A DNA stretch of 64,000 nucleotides from Balanoglossus misakiensis (Eukaryota > Animalia > Hemichordata), in assembly GCA_040954595.2 (NCBI GenBank), contig CM082582.2:7132063-7196062 (forward strand), given 5' to 3'. The position numbers and the translations under genes are program-made. The notes below the pieces were generated by a model that saw only the letters and a list, made by a program, of their open reading frames with translations, did not search any database and was not told the DNA's origin. Shown piece after piece: positions 13,045-26,188 of this stretch. The first letter of the stretch is position 1, and every line of letters starts with the position of its first letter.

Positions 13045-16000
13045 CCCCTCCGCCTTCAGGTATTCTCCGAGGCATTCTCTTATGACGATTTGTCATCTAC
13101 ATCTATGTCCGCTGAATCGTGATCTCTTTCTTTGATAAAACTCCTTATTCATCTACAGTCGTGATATGTGTTGCATTGTGCACCCCCATACACCACGTGG
13201 AGTTTTTGTCGGTTTTAGGCCTAGTACAACCTGGATGCTAGCTCATAACAAATTGAGAAAATATCTGATGACTCAGGAGCATACGAAAAAAAAACATAAT
13301 TGTAGATGATTCACCCCCTCATTGAAGGAAGTCTACCCCTCTTCTGTCATGTTGGTGCGAATTTCAATTTCTACTTCGACTTGAAAATGAAACATACTGA
13401 AAATAATTCTTAATAGGCACAGTGCGACGGATTTTATTTTTGACAGTGAGAAAACACGTGTAACATCCGGGGTATGGACAGGACGATTTCATCAAATACT
13501 CAATTTATGCGCTCAAGATATACGGGCGGTTCACTGCCTGTGACAGGCTGCGTCGTACTACTTTCGCTTTCCACGTACAAACCTCGCTCAATCAAATTAA
13601 CGTAATACGACCATCTGACGTGCAAAGTTTATTGTAAAGGTTTTCCTGCATTTTTAGTAATTTTAGCGCTGGCAGTCTTGCAAAACACTCTATGCGAATG
13701 GAAATCACAATTTGAATTTGTCCTGGGTGAGGCATGTCCCACGCGGGGTCGAATCACAAAAGATGTGAAATTGAAAAGGAGCGCGAGAAAGCAGTGGGGT
13801 GATATATCACGTGAAAGGTGTTTTAGCTGGGCTTATATGGCTGCTTACTTGGAGGGGAAAGTCCGGTGTGTATAAAGAGTCATGGAAAAACTGTTTGCCA
13901 TCAGCACCGTCAGTACCATGATTCGACAAGAAACTTGGTCCGCGGCACACACCGGTTTGGTCCCAGCGTCCACGACATTCCGCGGTGTTTCTCACAGGTG
14001 GTGTATGCAAATAATTGCCCTGTGCACATACGCACGTAATTTCATTGAATAAACGCACAATGTTACACCTGCGTTCATAAAATCACGTGAAAGAAAACAG
14101 TTCTGATGGTACATGCAAAGTGTTGTGCAGACCTCTCTTTACAGTGCATAGTTGCGGTTGCAACTTGTTCAACAACATTCCTACTCGCCCCAGAAGCAAA
14201 ACGTCCGTTTGCACCTATACAAGGACAGCAAACAATAGAACAGGCGATTCTCGACCAACTGCTCAAACAAAACAAAACAAAGCATGATCTCATCGTAAAA
14301 GTTCCCAGAACCAATGTAAATACGCATTCGACGGGTACATTGTCCTCTTACATTTGATAAGTCGAAACAAATCTCTTGTGAATCCAAGAAACCAAAGTCC
14401 TTCTGAAGGACTTTGCCTTCTCAGATTTAACGACAAGCCGATACTTTATCAGAGGAATGCTACTTCACGAGCTCATAGCCAAATATAGTCAAACCTCTGC
14501 AGATATTTACTGGGAGACAAACCAATGCAATTTTTCGTTGGCGCATCAACGGATACATAACCAGGCTAACAGATGCCTTCCGGTATATTTGATTGGAAGT
14601 GTGGTTACCACATAAATATAGGTCTATTGCGTGTAGAGACTGCCTGGTTCTCATATGCATTCCTAAAAATACAGACAGTGCAGTCTCTGACTTCGACGAC
14701 CTGGTATTGCCAAGATGTGCCAGCCACGGTGAAGTACTACAACATTTGTCCCAAATTCCAAGTGATCATAACATTCCTTTATTAATATTATGAGTTTCTC
14801 GATAAAGAACTGAAGAAACATTGTGGCATTTTTATTAATATATTGTACACATGAAATGAAGCGTGGGTTTGCCGTTGCTATGAATGCACGCCTGCAGATG
14901 GAGCTACTTTAATTTAAGGCCCAAATATGTAATACGACGGCTTCTGCGGCTAATCTCCTATTTTTTTGTGGGGGATATCAAAAGCGCTGACTCATGTTTT
15001 TCCCCCGCAAAACAAAGGGTAGGAAGTTTATGACCCTTGTAGAAATTTATGGACTAGTGTCGTTCCTCGTAGAGGATCGTAGACAACCGTGGCATGGCAA
15101 CAACTTGTGGAATCTTAAATATGATAATAAAAAATGAGCCCCTTCTCTGAGATAAAGTCACCATCTATTTGTCCATCGAGTATTTAATTATAAATGTTAA
15201 ACGGGTAACATTTCATCATCGAGGGAGCCGATGCATGGCCGGCCAAGGCAGTGTGTTGGAACTTGTCCGAGTCGAATTATGACGGCATCTGGAACACACA
15301 CGACCGCGATCGGAAGAGCGTAACCTGGACAGCGTTACAAACTCATGCGACGTGTGTCAGTCACGCGTTTTTCTTCATTTCCCTCCGCGAAAGATGGTTT
15401 GTACGCGTTTTCGATTTCATGAGCACGCGTGCCCGGAGAAATCTCTCTCCACCCCCCCCCCCCCCCCCCCGCTGCACATGTTTTAGATCACAAGTTTTGG
15501 AATTTTAACATTGACAGCTTACACTGTTGATTGCTACATAATAGAGAACCGAAACAACTTCAAAATGAACTTATATTTTGCGCCAAGACTTCAAAAACCA
15601 TACACTTTATTTATTACGTGTTAGATCGAGTGTTTACTGTGTTGGAGTGGTCATTAATCGGCAAAACACACACGTTGGCGTTTCCATGATGATTGCCACC
15701 TTTTATTACGCTCAATAATAACTGGAGGTGTCAAGTGTATCGGTAGTAGGAAGCTCTTTGTCATGTCGAGTAGACGTCCCACCTGGCAAGAATGCAGATA
15801 TGAGTGCACTTGGAAAAATGCTAATTTGACGTCAGCAAATCCCCTTAAAAGGACATAAGCTTAATTATAATTTATGCATTTAACTTGCTGCCAATCACAT
15901 TCGTTTAAAATTCTCTTGATAATACCATCACTGACTCTTGGCATTTTTTTCTCTGACATCATTCCGGAATCGGGTTGAAAGTACATGATAATTCCCAACT

Positions 16001-17611
16001 CACATCTCAAAATTATATTGTATTGCATATTTTCTATATGACAATCAGTAATATACGTTGTCCGTTGACGTCAGCTGTGTCAGGTACGCGGGGCGATGCG
16101 AGTTGATAGCGAAGGTTCGGCTGGCGGTCTGTGTTGCATCGTGTTGCTATGTTTGCGTTGATCATCCGCACAACATTATTATGTGGGGTTTTTTAAACAA
16201 GTCAAATTGAACTGCAGAAAAAAAACATCATGGTGATATCATCGACATTCTTGCTATTTCGTTCCCATGTGCGTCCATATTTTGCCGTGTCTTCGCAAAG
16301 CCCAAGCCTCGGCTTTCCTGTCGGAAAGTAATGTCTTGATTTTTTCCCGAGACAGGTGTATATATAATAGCTTCCACATTCCTTTAAGTTTTATACATTT
16401 CACATAGACGCGGTAACCTATACTGTGTGACTTTGTAACCATGGCAACGCCTCAAGATATGTTGACCATAAGGTGAATGGTTATATGAAATACAACACAT
16501 TGTTATTATGAAAACTTGAATGCTGGGTAATGACAGAATGGGACTTTCCGATATGTGAGTGCGTCATGCGATCTGCGCATCTACTATGTATATCAGTGGC
16601 TGATCGAAGTGCAATACGGGACCACCGTTACAAAATAAAATTTCCACCTCGATTGGTTGAAAGCTCGCGAAGTCTTGGGAGCCCAAATCGGTCGAGTCAC
16701 GGCATTCTAATTTAATTTAAGCCCATGCGATGATAGATAATTGATAACATTTACAGTACATGCTCGAGTTTTACAATTGCTCTTATCCCCCTGATTTTCG
16801 CCCCCAACCAAAACGCCTGCCCCCTCGAAGGGAAGTCACACCAACTTTCAATAAGCGTCTCCATTTTGAATGTTGTACTTAAATCTCAAGTCTTCTGAGA
16901 AAGTGGTTATTCCATTGTATGGAATAAATGATTTCTGGCCCTCCTACGCAAATCTAGTCAACGTGGCGAGCCCCCATACTCCTACTTTTAAGATATAAAA
17001 TTGCTATAGTCTGTTGTGTGTAGGTGATTGTTGACTTATACTGATATCCGTGGTCGGTCTCTCTGTTTTGGACATCGCAGTGAATTGGCACTGGTTTGTT
17101 TACCGGGTCACACCTGGTAACCTTGAACCTAAAAGAAAACATGTAGGCCGCCAGACAATATAGGTCGGCTACGCGCCTCCTCGTGGGAACAGGTTTTGCT
17201 CGTGCGTGCGTGAGTGAAAGAATGTAGAACCACTTTTCTCGTGATCTTTTGCTCATTCGGTCGCTCATTCTGACATGGGCGTGCGGCAGATAATTCATTC
17301 GCATACAAATAACCAATCTGTGTCGCTAGGACATTATTGTTTTGGTGTTACGATGTTTTATTTAATTTGAACGAAAGAAATCAAGAGGCAAAACTACAAC
17401 TTTGCGTCAGTTAGCTTCTGGTCAATGGTCACCTGATCGATTGGGTCATTCAAAGTTTACAGGACGCGATGACTGCGTCCCCCATACCTTTGTTGTGGGT
17501 GTTGGGGACACGGGCTTAATTTGGGCAGACGTAGACCCGATTGTAGAAAACAATCACCCACGTATTCGAGCATAAGTTGGTCGTCGCCTACAGCACACTC
17601 TTGCCGTATAT

Positions 17612-17744
17612 GGGGAATCCCCTCCCCGCACCAATCAAAACCGAGAACGGAGTCCGCGAAGTAGGTCAAAGGTGATTTTTTACTCGGAAAATCCCTCTGT
17701 TCCAAGAATAGAGTCGGGTGGAGATAATGCATTGGCAATTCCCC
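17612..17744. promoter_or_regulatory. NF-kB-rich enhancer/promoter module upstream of IRF-A
   Basis: GGGGAATCCCC 17612-17622, GGAAAATCCC 17686-17695, GGCAATTCCCC 17734-17744, GAS TTCCAAGAA 17700-17708, DR1-like AGGTCAAAGGTGA 17663-17675, CCAAT 17631. Confidence 0.5.
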
Positions 17745-18573
17745 GGCTCTATTTCTGTACATAAAACGAATGCCAAATTCCGGCGTTGTTGAAAACAAGC
17801 CAACAATCAGAAGAAGGTCTTTTTTATCCCCCCATTCCCCGTAAGCTGGCTGGTCGATTCGCTTGTCCTTCGGTTTGAAGCACGATCGTCAACTTTGCAG
17901 TATTCAGAAATTGATACTGAGATCTGTCGGACTTTACTCTCGTTCTGGAAGGTATGGGAACAATAACTATAACCTTACTCAGACTATGGGGGAAAACAGG
18001 GTGGTGTTATGGCGATGAAATGGCTGACTTCTATGGCAAGTCGCCCAACAGCTATTGAACGGGTGGCGCGCGCGTCTGTTCTACCTTTTGGCTACCTGTA
18101 TTACGCATAAACACCGCCGATCTTTTATCATGTAACTTCTTACGTTAACTATTGGTAATATTGTCATGTTTTTTTTCTAATTTTTACTATTTAATCTCAT
18201 TATTATGTATTCTACGGTAATTTTGCGTCGGGCGCAATGCATACGTAAATATGGGAAAGTTGTAATTTTTCTTGTTGAAAAACAACTTTGATATAGGTGG
18301 TCAAAGAACGCACCTGGGGCACCGTTTTTGACAAAATTGGGTTCATGCGAGCGCTGACGCATTCAGGCGTTTAGTTCTTTTTCTGTGGTACGTTGAGGGC
18401 GCTTAACTATTGTGAGCCGCTACTCTATATCTGGCGACCAAGGTAAGTGCTTGTATGCAACTCAGGTGCAAGTAACTAGGTGCGCCAAATTTAATATATT
18501 TTTTGCGGTTCTCGTGATTTGCGCTTGCTTCCGTTTGAGGTACACCCCATTTCCGGCGATAGGGTCGTTAAAA

Positions 18574-18737
18574 AATTATCACCAACACCAAAACCGTGAG
18601 CAAATATTGATATGGCAACGCACTTCACAATTATCACCACGACTGAAAACCATGAGCGAATATTGCTACGGCAACACATTCAAACTTATCAGCTCTACCA
18701 AAACCATGAGCGAATATTTCTATAGCAACAGACCCAT
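18574..18737. repeat. Degenerate tandem repeat, 3 copies of a 55-bp unit
   Basis: Units start at 18574, 18629 and 18684, each containing ttatca...aaaaccRtgagcRaatatt...Rgcaac. Confidence 0.85.
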
Positions 18738-21319
18738 AACCTGCTCCCTACATGTCTATTTCGATCAGTTGATTAATCCTGTAAACCATGGTAGCTGTCA
18801 CTTGAGCACTTGGTATCAATGAACTTTTCGCTACCATAAAAGTTATTGATAAAGCGACGGACAGATGAACGGAGGGACAGACAGACAGACACATGGAGAG
18901 AGGGATTTCACGATATATATCTGAAATATGTATTAGATATCAAATATCTAATATTCACATTAATTTAATATCGTACCCGGGCCTGCCTGGACCACGGAAG
19001 AATGCACAAGAAATCTACCAATATAAAGAGGCATTTTATTTTACAACGGGTTCCCAATGAATGAATGCGTCTTATCACCATCGCAGCCCCCCCACTTTAC
19101 AACGACCAAGCCCGCGTTTTGTGTACTCTGTATTCGCCCATGAATAACCGTCCCTTATCGCGGCCCTGGGGTGGTGGGTTCGCCTCAGTGATAAGATTAT
19201 TGCGCGGTTAACTCGACAAATTTACACATGCGTCCGTCAATTTAAGTTATGACGTCGTAAACTTGTCAGTGCGTCCAGATCTGCCGTTGAAAGAATCAGT
19301 GTAGGCAGCAGGGACTGGTTCTATATGTGCATATCTGGGATTCATGATTGCAAAGGTCAAATCTAGGTCACTGAACGGCAAAATTGGCATCTAGGAATAC
19401 CACGACGTAAGTTGTCTCACGTCATCGACAAACAACGAACAAAATTCCCCTCTTCAGTCACGAGATGTGCACCAGCCTCGGTCTCGAGCTATCGATTCTG
19501 GCAGCCTGCCAAATTGTATACGGGCAAGCGTGCACAAAGTCGTTCAGAAATATGCGCAAATAAACAATTTTTTCTGGCCCCTCTTTCCCCCCAAAACATA
19601 TATCGAATTCAAACTTCCTGGTCAGATCTCGTCCATCGGAACTTTTCTAAAGAGATCCAGGTCGCACACAAAATACACCTTTCATTGCACCTAAGCCAGA
19701 ATCCGCCTGGTTTCCGTTGATAACAGGTTTTGTAGTGTATTAATCGTTTTTCCTGGTTCCCAGTTAAAAGGGCTCTTTTTTCCTCTCCGGCTGACGACGG
19801 TTCATGTTTTCTCACTCTTACACTATCTCCCAGTGAGGGCAAAACTTCCTTCACCCCCTCCGCACGGATGCGATTTTTTCCGGATCGACCGGGATGGCTT
19901 TGCCATCATTATAATGGGAAATATCTCTTTCGGACCTGATCTCAAACCGTCACAAAATGAACTTAATGCATTTTTCAACAACATTCGCGGAATCACGATT
20001 CTTTGCCGAGGCACCCCACGCTGTCGACGGCGTCCCCTTGGAAGCTGGGCGCGCAGTATGTTAAGATTTCGTCCCGTTCCCTGCACCGGTATTATGTTAT
20101 CACCACTTCCTGAATTAGACGGGGTGCGTGGATAACGCGGTTCCCTGGATAATGCTATTAGCCACTGGATTTGGGGGACTTGGAATTTATTTTGTTAGTT
20201 TGGGTACAGGATCTCTTCCTGTTTTGGCGATATTGTATTTATCCGAAAGCGACTGGGAAAATAGTAATCATGTGGCCTAAAATGTTTTCGCCTCTGTGCC
20301 TTGCAAATCGAGGCGATGGCGATTATTCTTGACGACATATACACGCCTGCAAAACGATGACCGAACTTTTGGGCAGAATCGATCTAAATGGTCTATAAAA
20401 AAATGACTACGAAAGTGACAGATGGCTGTTTGTTGATGAATAAAGTAAACCAAGCCTGGCCCAAAAACACGTTCACTTCATAAACGCTCTCTGCTTCGGT
20501 TCTGTGTTCGCGTGTTTGGCTCACGAAACCATGGGGCGCCCGCTGAGCAATGCCGGCACACGTGACCTGACCTCAGGCGAGGTCAGACAGATACGGCAAA
20601 ATCACAGTGCGTCCAGTTGTAATATTACCGCAGCTATAGTCGAACCATGCACCAAAAATAAAAAGGGCGCTGCTCTTTCGCCAGTAGTCCCCCCCCTTTT
20701 TTTTCATGTCCAGTAGCTTTCCCGCAGTCCCACACAAGCGGGTCCAGTCTACCACACCGTGCCACTATCACGCCAGCCAAGTGTTTGCAAAAATTTGGAA
20801 GCCTATTAATATGATGACTATCCGGTCGAAAGTTGCCGACGCGTTATGAAATTTGAGTCTCCACACCCCTCCTGGTTTAGCCGCACTCAAGAATCACAGC
20901 GTCGCTCCCAAACTTCAGCCGTACTAAGTTCCAAATGAACGACCCTGGCAGAACTATTAACATAGCCAGTACTCCGATACGTCCGCACACAAACACGCAT
21001 TATGTGAACAACCAAATTTGTTGAAACTGCTTTAATGTTGTAGAAAAGTTTAGACACGAGTTTTTGCAAGATTTTCTGGTATTGTTTGTCACTTACAATC
21101 GTTCCATTTTGTTTTTTCCTATTTGTCTGTGATGCTACGCCAACAAATTTTGCGACCACCAGTGTATAAAGTGTACTGGACGAAGCTGGCATTTTAACGC
21201 CTAAATCTGGTGGAAAAAACTATGAAAGCACGCTTTTCCAATTTTGGAAGTCGGCCGCGCCCCAGTTAATCGTCTAAAGTTGGTTAGAGTACTTTGATGT
21301 CCTCATGCATCGTGTATTT

Positions 21320-21720
21320 GATGACGTAATTATGACGACACGTGGACCCCGCAAATCATGTGCGTCGATGATGTCGCCGTCACAAGGAGCAAGTCTGTGA
21401 GCAGCAGTCACGTGACGGCGGTCGTGAGATGGACATTTGGGGCGGGAGGGGGGGTGGCTTAAAAATAATACCTTTGATTATTTTTGCCGGCGAGGGTCGT
21501 GTAACATTATACAGGGTCAGAGAGCACGCAATTGGCTGCCGAGACGCGACGACGGCTGTCTCGCTAACTTCCGAGCATGTGCAGTGAACGAGAGACCCCC
21601 GCATCACGTCACTCCAGCCAGAGTCACGACTCCGCCGCGCGCAGGCGCAGTGTGACCCAAGTCTGGACAATTGCCTGATTTGGTTACATACATATGCAAA
21701 GTGTTTACTCTGGCTGCTGT
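21320..21720 (+). promoter_or_regulatory. CpG-rich proximal promoter of IRF-A
   Basis: CRE half-sites (TGACG), E-box CACGTG near 21339, GTCACGTGAC at 21407-21416, GC box near 21439, directly upstream of the first coding exon. Confidence 0.5.
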
Positions 21721-21840
21721 CACTCCAATCGGCATCTCCAGGAAAAGGATACTATATTTGTGGGAGATAATCCGTCACATCAGAACAGGCAAGCCACTGG
21801 TACGCAGCAAGTCTCAGGGCTCGACCGTCTCTCTCCGACC

Positions 21841-21951
21841 ATGTATCCCCAGTACAACAATCACTCAATGGGAATGTATTATCCGCCGTGCTTGCAGCAA
21901 CAGCAGCAGCAGCAGAGATACACTCACGTTGAACCACCTTACTATAAAATG
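21841..21951 (+). CDS. IRF-A exon 1: Tyr/Pro/polyQ N-terminal extension
   Basis: ccgaccATG start context; MYPQYNNHSMGMYYPPCLQQQQQQQRYTHVEPPYYKM|gtttgt, phase 0 and in frame with the next exon. Confidence 0.65.
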
Positions 21952-22474
21952 GTTTGTGTGCGTCGACTTCCGTATTTTATCTTTTTTGCAGCGTTTTTTT
22001 GCGGGTCACTTGTGCATGGAGTAAAATAATTGTATGTCGCTGAAAGAAGAACTGTTTTGCACAATTTCGTGTTTACTACGAGCGCGATTGAGCGTACCGT
22101 GCAATATTCTCTTCAATGCGCGATTCTCGAGGGTTTCCCGAGAAGTTTTTTTTTGATGGTGGGTTTTTTGGGCAAAGCCTACAAAAACGTACGTTTTTTA
22201 CGCTCGAACTTTCGCTTCTTTGGTGTGGTTTTGTTGTGCTGCTGTCGTTCTTAGCGAACAGACACAACGAACTTGGTTACCCACACGCGGGGGAGAAATC
22301 CGAAAGTCCGGAGCACCCTGCTTTATTCCCGCACCGGGACAACTTTTTTTCGGACTTTGTATCAAAGATAGTTCATCTCCCAGTATCTGCCAACGTTTAA
22401 AGAAATTTTCTTTGACGCTTGAATTTGTTTTATTTTGTTTTCATTGCGTTTTCTTTCTTTTTTTTATCATGCAG

Positions 22475-22663
22475 AATCGGTATAGGATGCTGCCCGAGAT
22501 GAATACGCGTCAGAGGCTACGACCCTGGTTGGTAGCGCAAATCGACAGCGGCTTGTACCGCGGTCTAACTTGGTTGAACGCTGACAAAACAGAGTTCAAG
22601 ATACCGTGGAAACACGCTGGAAAACAGGACTACGACAAAGAAGAGGATTCGAAGATTTTCAAG
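22475..22663 (+). CDS. IRF-A exon 2: first half of IRF DNA-binding domain
   Basis: Polypyrimidine tract plus cag acceptor; RLRPWLVAQIDSGLYRGLTWLNADKTEFKIPWKHAGKQDYDKEEDSKIFK|gtaaga. WKHAGKQDY matches IRF4/IRF8. Confidence 0.97.
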
Positions 22664-25030
22664 GTAAGAAAGACGGGCGGGGAGAGGGCTTTGCCGGAGC
22701 ATGCGGCGACACTGCGCGTAAATGTACTCGACCGCAGTTTCCAAAATTCGTACAAAAAAGTTTTCGATTTTTTTATGAATCCGTGTGCGATGCGTTGCGC
22801 CGTTTGTTGTCTAGACGCACAGTGATTTATAAACATCAGAAGTCGTCCGGAAAAGGACCGTTTACAAAGAGTGTCATAATTCTAACTCGATACCCGTCGC
22901 ATCGCGCCATCCCATCCCCGGTGTGAGGAAAGTGAAATTTGTGAAGTTTTCGCCGAGAAGTACAGTTGTGTGTGGATTGATCTCAGTTTGCATTGTTACA
23001 ACTTATCTGGTGAGAAAATAGGCGAACGGGGGATAAAAAACATGGGAAGTTTGGCGTAAAACACGGTGCGTCTGGTTGTCGATGTCCAGGGTCTTTTTTC
23101 GGTGGAGAAACAAGGAAACTGAGAAATAAAATGCTGTCGTAGTCAAGATCGAAAAATGGTGCAATTCGATACGTTCTCCCGGGGAGGAACGCGCTTCTTT
23201 CAACAGCCGAGGCTGAGGAGTCGGGGTGGCGGTGCTGACTAGAAGAGCAGGAACCAACCTGATTTGTATGCAGTTCTCGAACTCCTTTCGTACTTTGCTC
23301 AAACTTTGTCTCTTTCTCGACGATTAAGGGGTGGACGTGTCATTTGCAAATATCGAGAGGTTTGCAAAGTTGCTCTTTGTTAGGTCGCAGTATAAGTTCA
23401 CGGGTCCACGCACGCGGCGAACGGTCACCAACTTGTTGAATGTAACACGAATGGACGCTACCCCCGCCGCGGTATCTTCGCCAGCCCAACGGTGCCTACG
23501 CGGACCGACAGCGACAGGGCTCTCCCTAACATTGGTAAAGAAGACCCGGCCGCCAGAATGACAGCAAAGCCTAACGTTCGGATAGCGTGCAGGTATCGAT
23601 CTAAAACGGTCTCAGTACATATACATAACATTGAGAGCGCTGGGTCCCACACAGAGCCCACGCATCGGTCGGGTCGTGCGCGCAGATTTTAAGACCCGTT
23701 TCCTGTGGATGACTCGTACAAGTTCTATTTATATAGCGCTCGTCCGGTGTCCCGAACTCCTCACGTATAAGGCATATTATGCGATCCGTAAATGTACAGA
23801 AATTGTCACGAGTAATCTTTTTTATGTTTTGACCAAAGAAGGCGAGCAAAATCATGCAAGGCAAAAGCTCTTCCACATAGAGCTTACCCGTTACCAACAA
23901 ATTTTAACTTTCAAAGTTACAAGACAACTCGTGTACATCATGTAAATGAAAGACATGTAACGTTACATTTAGAAAAGCCAGATGCAGCGAGCCATTACCG
24001 TTACAGTTCTATAAAACTGCAACATAATTATTTTAGGCGTTTTCTAGGACAGTAGTCACAGGGACTTTATTTTGAATGGTTTTTCAAGTGCGTCGGATCA
24101 AAGTTGAACGAACAGTTTTTTACACAAACTTCCCCTGACCCGCTTTAGTTCTATAGGCGGTGGAATCCCGAATTTGATCCCCCAAATATAATCAAACTTC
24201 CTCGGTTACGCAAATATTGCAATACTTTTCCTCGATATTTGGTCCATTTCATTCATTAATTATTTCCTTCGTTCATTCAACGTTAACTTTTGCATCGATT
24301 CCCGGCGAAAGTGGTTCGCGGTCGAAGTCAAACGAGTACACGTACCCCACGCCACTGGTGTTCCCCTAAAAAGCGTGTCCACAGACAGAAAACGAGAACA
24401 AACCGCCCGTCTTTTCTCAAATTACGTCCAAAAGCCACGCGCGTCCACGCAGACCGCACTTCTGGCGAGGTCAGGGGTCAAGGAGTTCTATTTACGCCAG
24501 CAGGTTCCACTGAGGGGCTGTTCAGCGACCTTTAGTATACCAGTTATGCATGTCTACGCACGGACGTCTGTGCTCGCCAGGACGTGACCAAACAATCAAG
24601 TTTACGCGTTACTGTGCATGCGTGCGAGTGGGAAAATCGGTTAGACCATAAGCGCCCTCACAGGCGGCTATAGGGATTCGTTCGGCTGGGCTTGGGTATA
24701 GCAACAACAAAATCCATCATTGATAAGAAATTTTCTTCGTCATTGGAAACTATCCTTCCGCTCGAAAAATATAGCATCTTTTATTAAATGTCGCCGTTGT
24801 TTATCTCGAGAAAGTATGCAATCCATTTCACCCGGCAGACCACGAGAAGTAGCCGGTTTTGAGATTGTCCATTAGTTAGAACTAACCTTCCCGAATAAAA
24901 GTAGTCCAGGAAGGATATGAGTAACGAATATGTTGTACGTACACAAACAGTTTATTTGATATATTTGTAGTTGCATTTAATATACCATTTTAACACAACA
25001 ACATGTGTCTGTCTTCCACTGTGTTCTCAG

Positions 25031-25208
25031 GCCTGGTCTTTGCACACTGGAAAATATCGGGAGGCAGTCGATGATCCCGACCCGGCCATGTGGAAGACAC
25101 GTCTCCGAACAGCACTGAACAAGCTGCCGGACATTCAAGAAAATCAAAACAAGACGCAACTCGACATTCCCGAGCCATACAGAGTGTACAGACTCCTCCC
25201 TAGAAAAC
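25031..25208 (+). CDS. IRF-A exon 3: second half of IRF DNA-binding domain
   Basis: AWSLHTGKYREAVDDPDPAMWKTRLRTALNKLPDIQENQNKTQLDIPEPYRVYRLLPRK; ttctcag acceptor, C|gtgagt donor; completes the five-Trp repeat. Confidence 0.97.
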
Positions 25209-25883
25209 GTGAGTGGGGCTTTCATACCTCTTTGCGACGTTGGTAGCAGGTGCCAACTTGATTGGATAAATGTTATGCGCGCATGCGCTGTGTTGTTATT
25301 GCGTATCGAAACGTCATGCTTGTCTTACTCACGCCACGATCGATCTATCCCATTTCACCAGCGCCCTCCTACAGACCCGAGCGGTCGTTGTTTTGTTTAC
25401 TGAGCGTGGGATAACGGGATGTGTGTCGTGATTCAGGAGGACTAATTCGTCTTAGTCATTATGGTCGTACCAACTCCAGAAAACCATTCAATGGCTCTTC
25501 CGGATGAATAGAAATCGAAACTTCTCCTCAACCACCGTTTCATTTACCTGTAGCAACGCCTCCAAGCTAGTTTCTCCTCCACCCCTCCCCCTCAGAACAG
25601 ATAAAGCCAAAGGGGGATAGAGACTTTGATAAGGGGTTCAGTTTCGTGTTTTGTGACGTGCGATCATGCGATCATATATCATATCAAAGTTTAGTTAGCA
25701 CGATGAATGATGGATTGTTTTTAATACATAAGGCCAAGTTTTACAGCATTATAGGATCAAATATTTCTTCTCTGGGGAATATCGGTCGGTTGTGTAGTGA
25801 ACGGGCTCGCGCAACTGTTCAACTGGAGGCATTTCTTTCACACTGCTTTTTCTTACGAGTTTTTGATATTCTGTTCTTTGCAG

Positions 25884-25948
25884 CGTCGAAGGCCAGTCTG
25901 AGTCAACAGGAGAGAGAGAATGACATCATCAACGCCAAAATCAAAAAG
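25884..25948 (+). CDS. IRF-A exon 4 (linker)
   Basis: ttctttgcag acceptor; (P)SKASLSQQERENDIINAKIKK|gtgggc; phase 1 to 0. Confidence 0.65.
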
Positions 25949-26188
25949 GTGGGCTAACATCTCCATCATACTGTAACCTATATTGTAGTATTTTGTCGCG
26001 ATCGATGTGTTGTACCAGTTACCTAACGCGCAAGTGTAGCTCAAATATAGAGTAGTTTATAACAATATACGCTGATGAATTGTTACTCACGCACAGCAAC
26101 AAATATCAGAATTTGTTTAACTAAATAATCCAGAATAGAATTTGCCTTTTCAAAAGTTCCTCATGTGTTTTGCATTGTTTACTAATAG

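Noticed and set aside
13265-13292. CTGATGA...CGAAA hammerhead-like core
   Set aside because: No convincing stems I and III and a non-canonical stem II.
18574-18737. Possible CRISPR-like repeat-spacer array
   Set aside because: Eukaryotic context, no cas genes, and the intervening sequences are homologous to each other.
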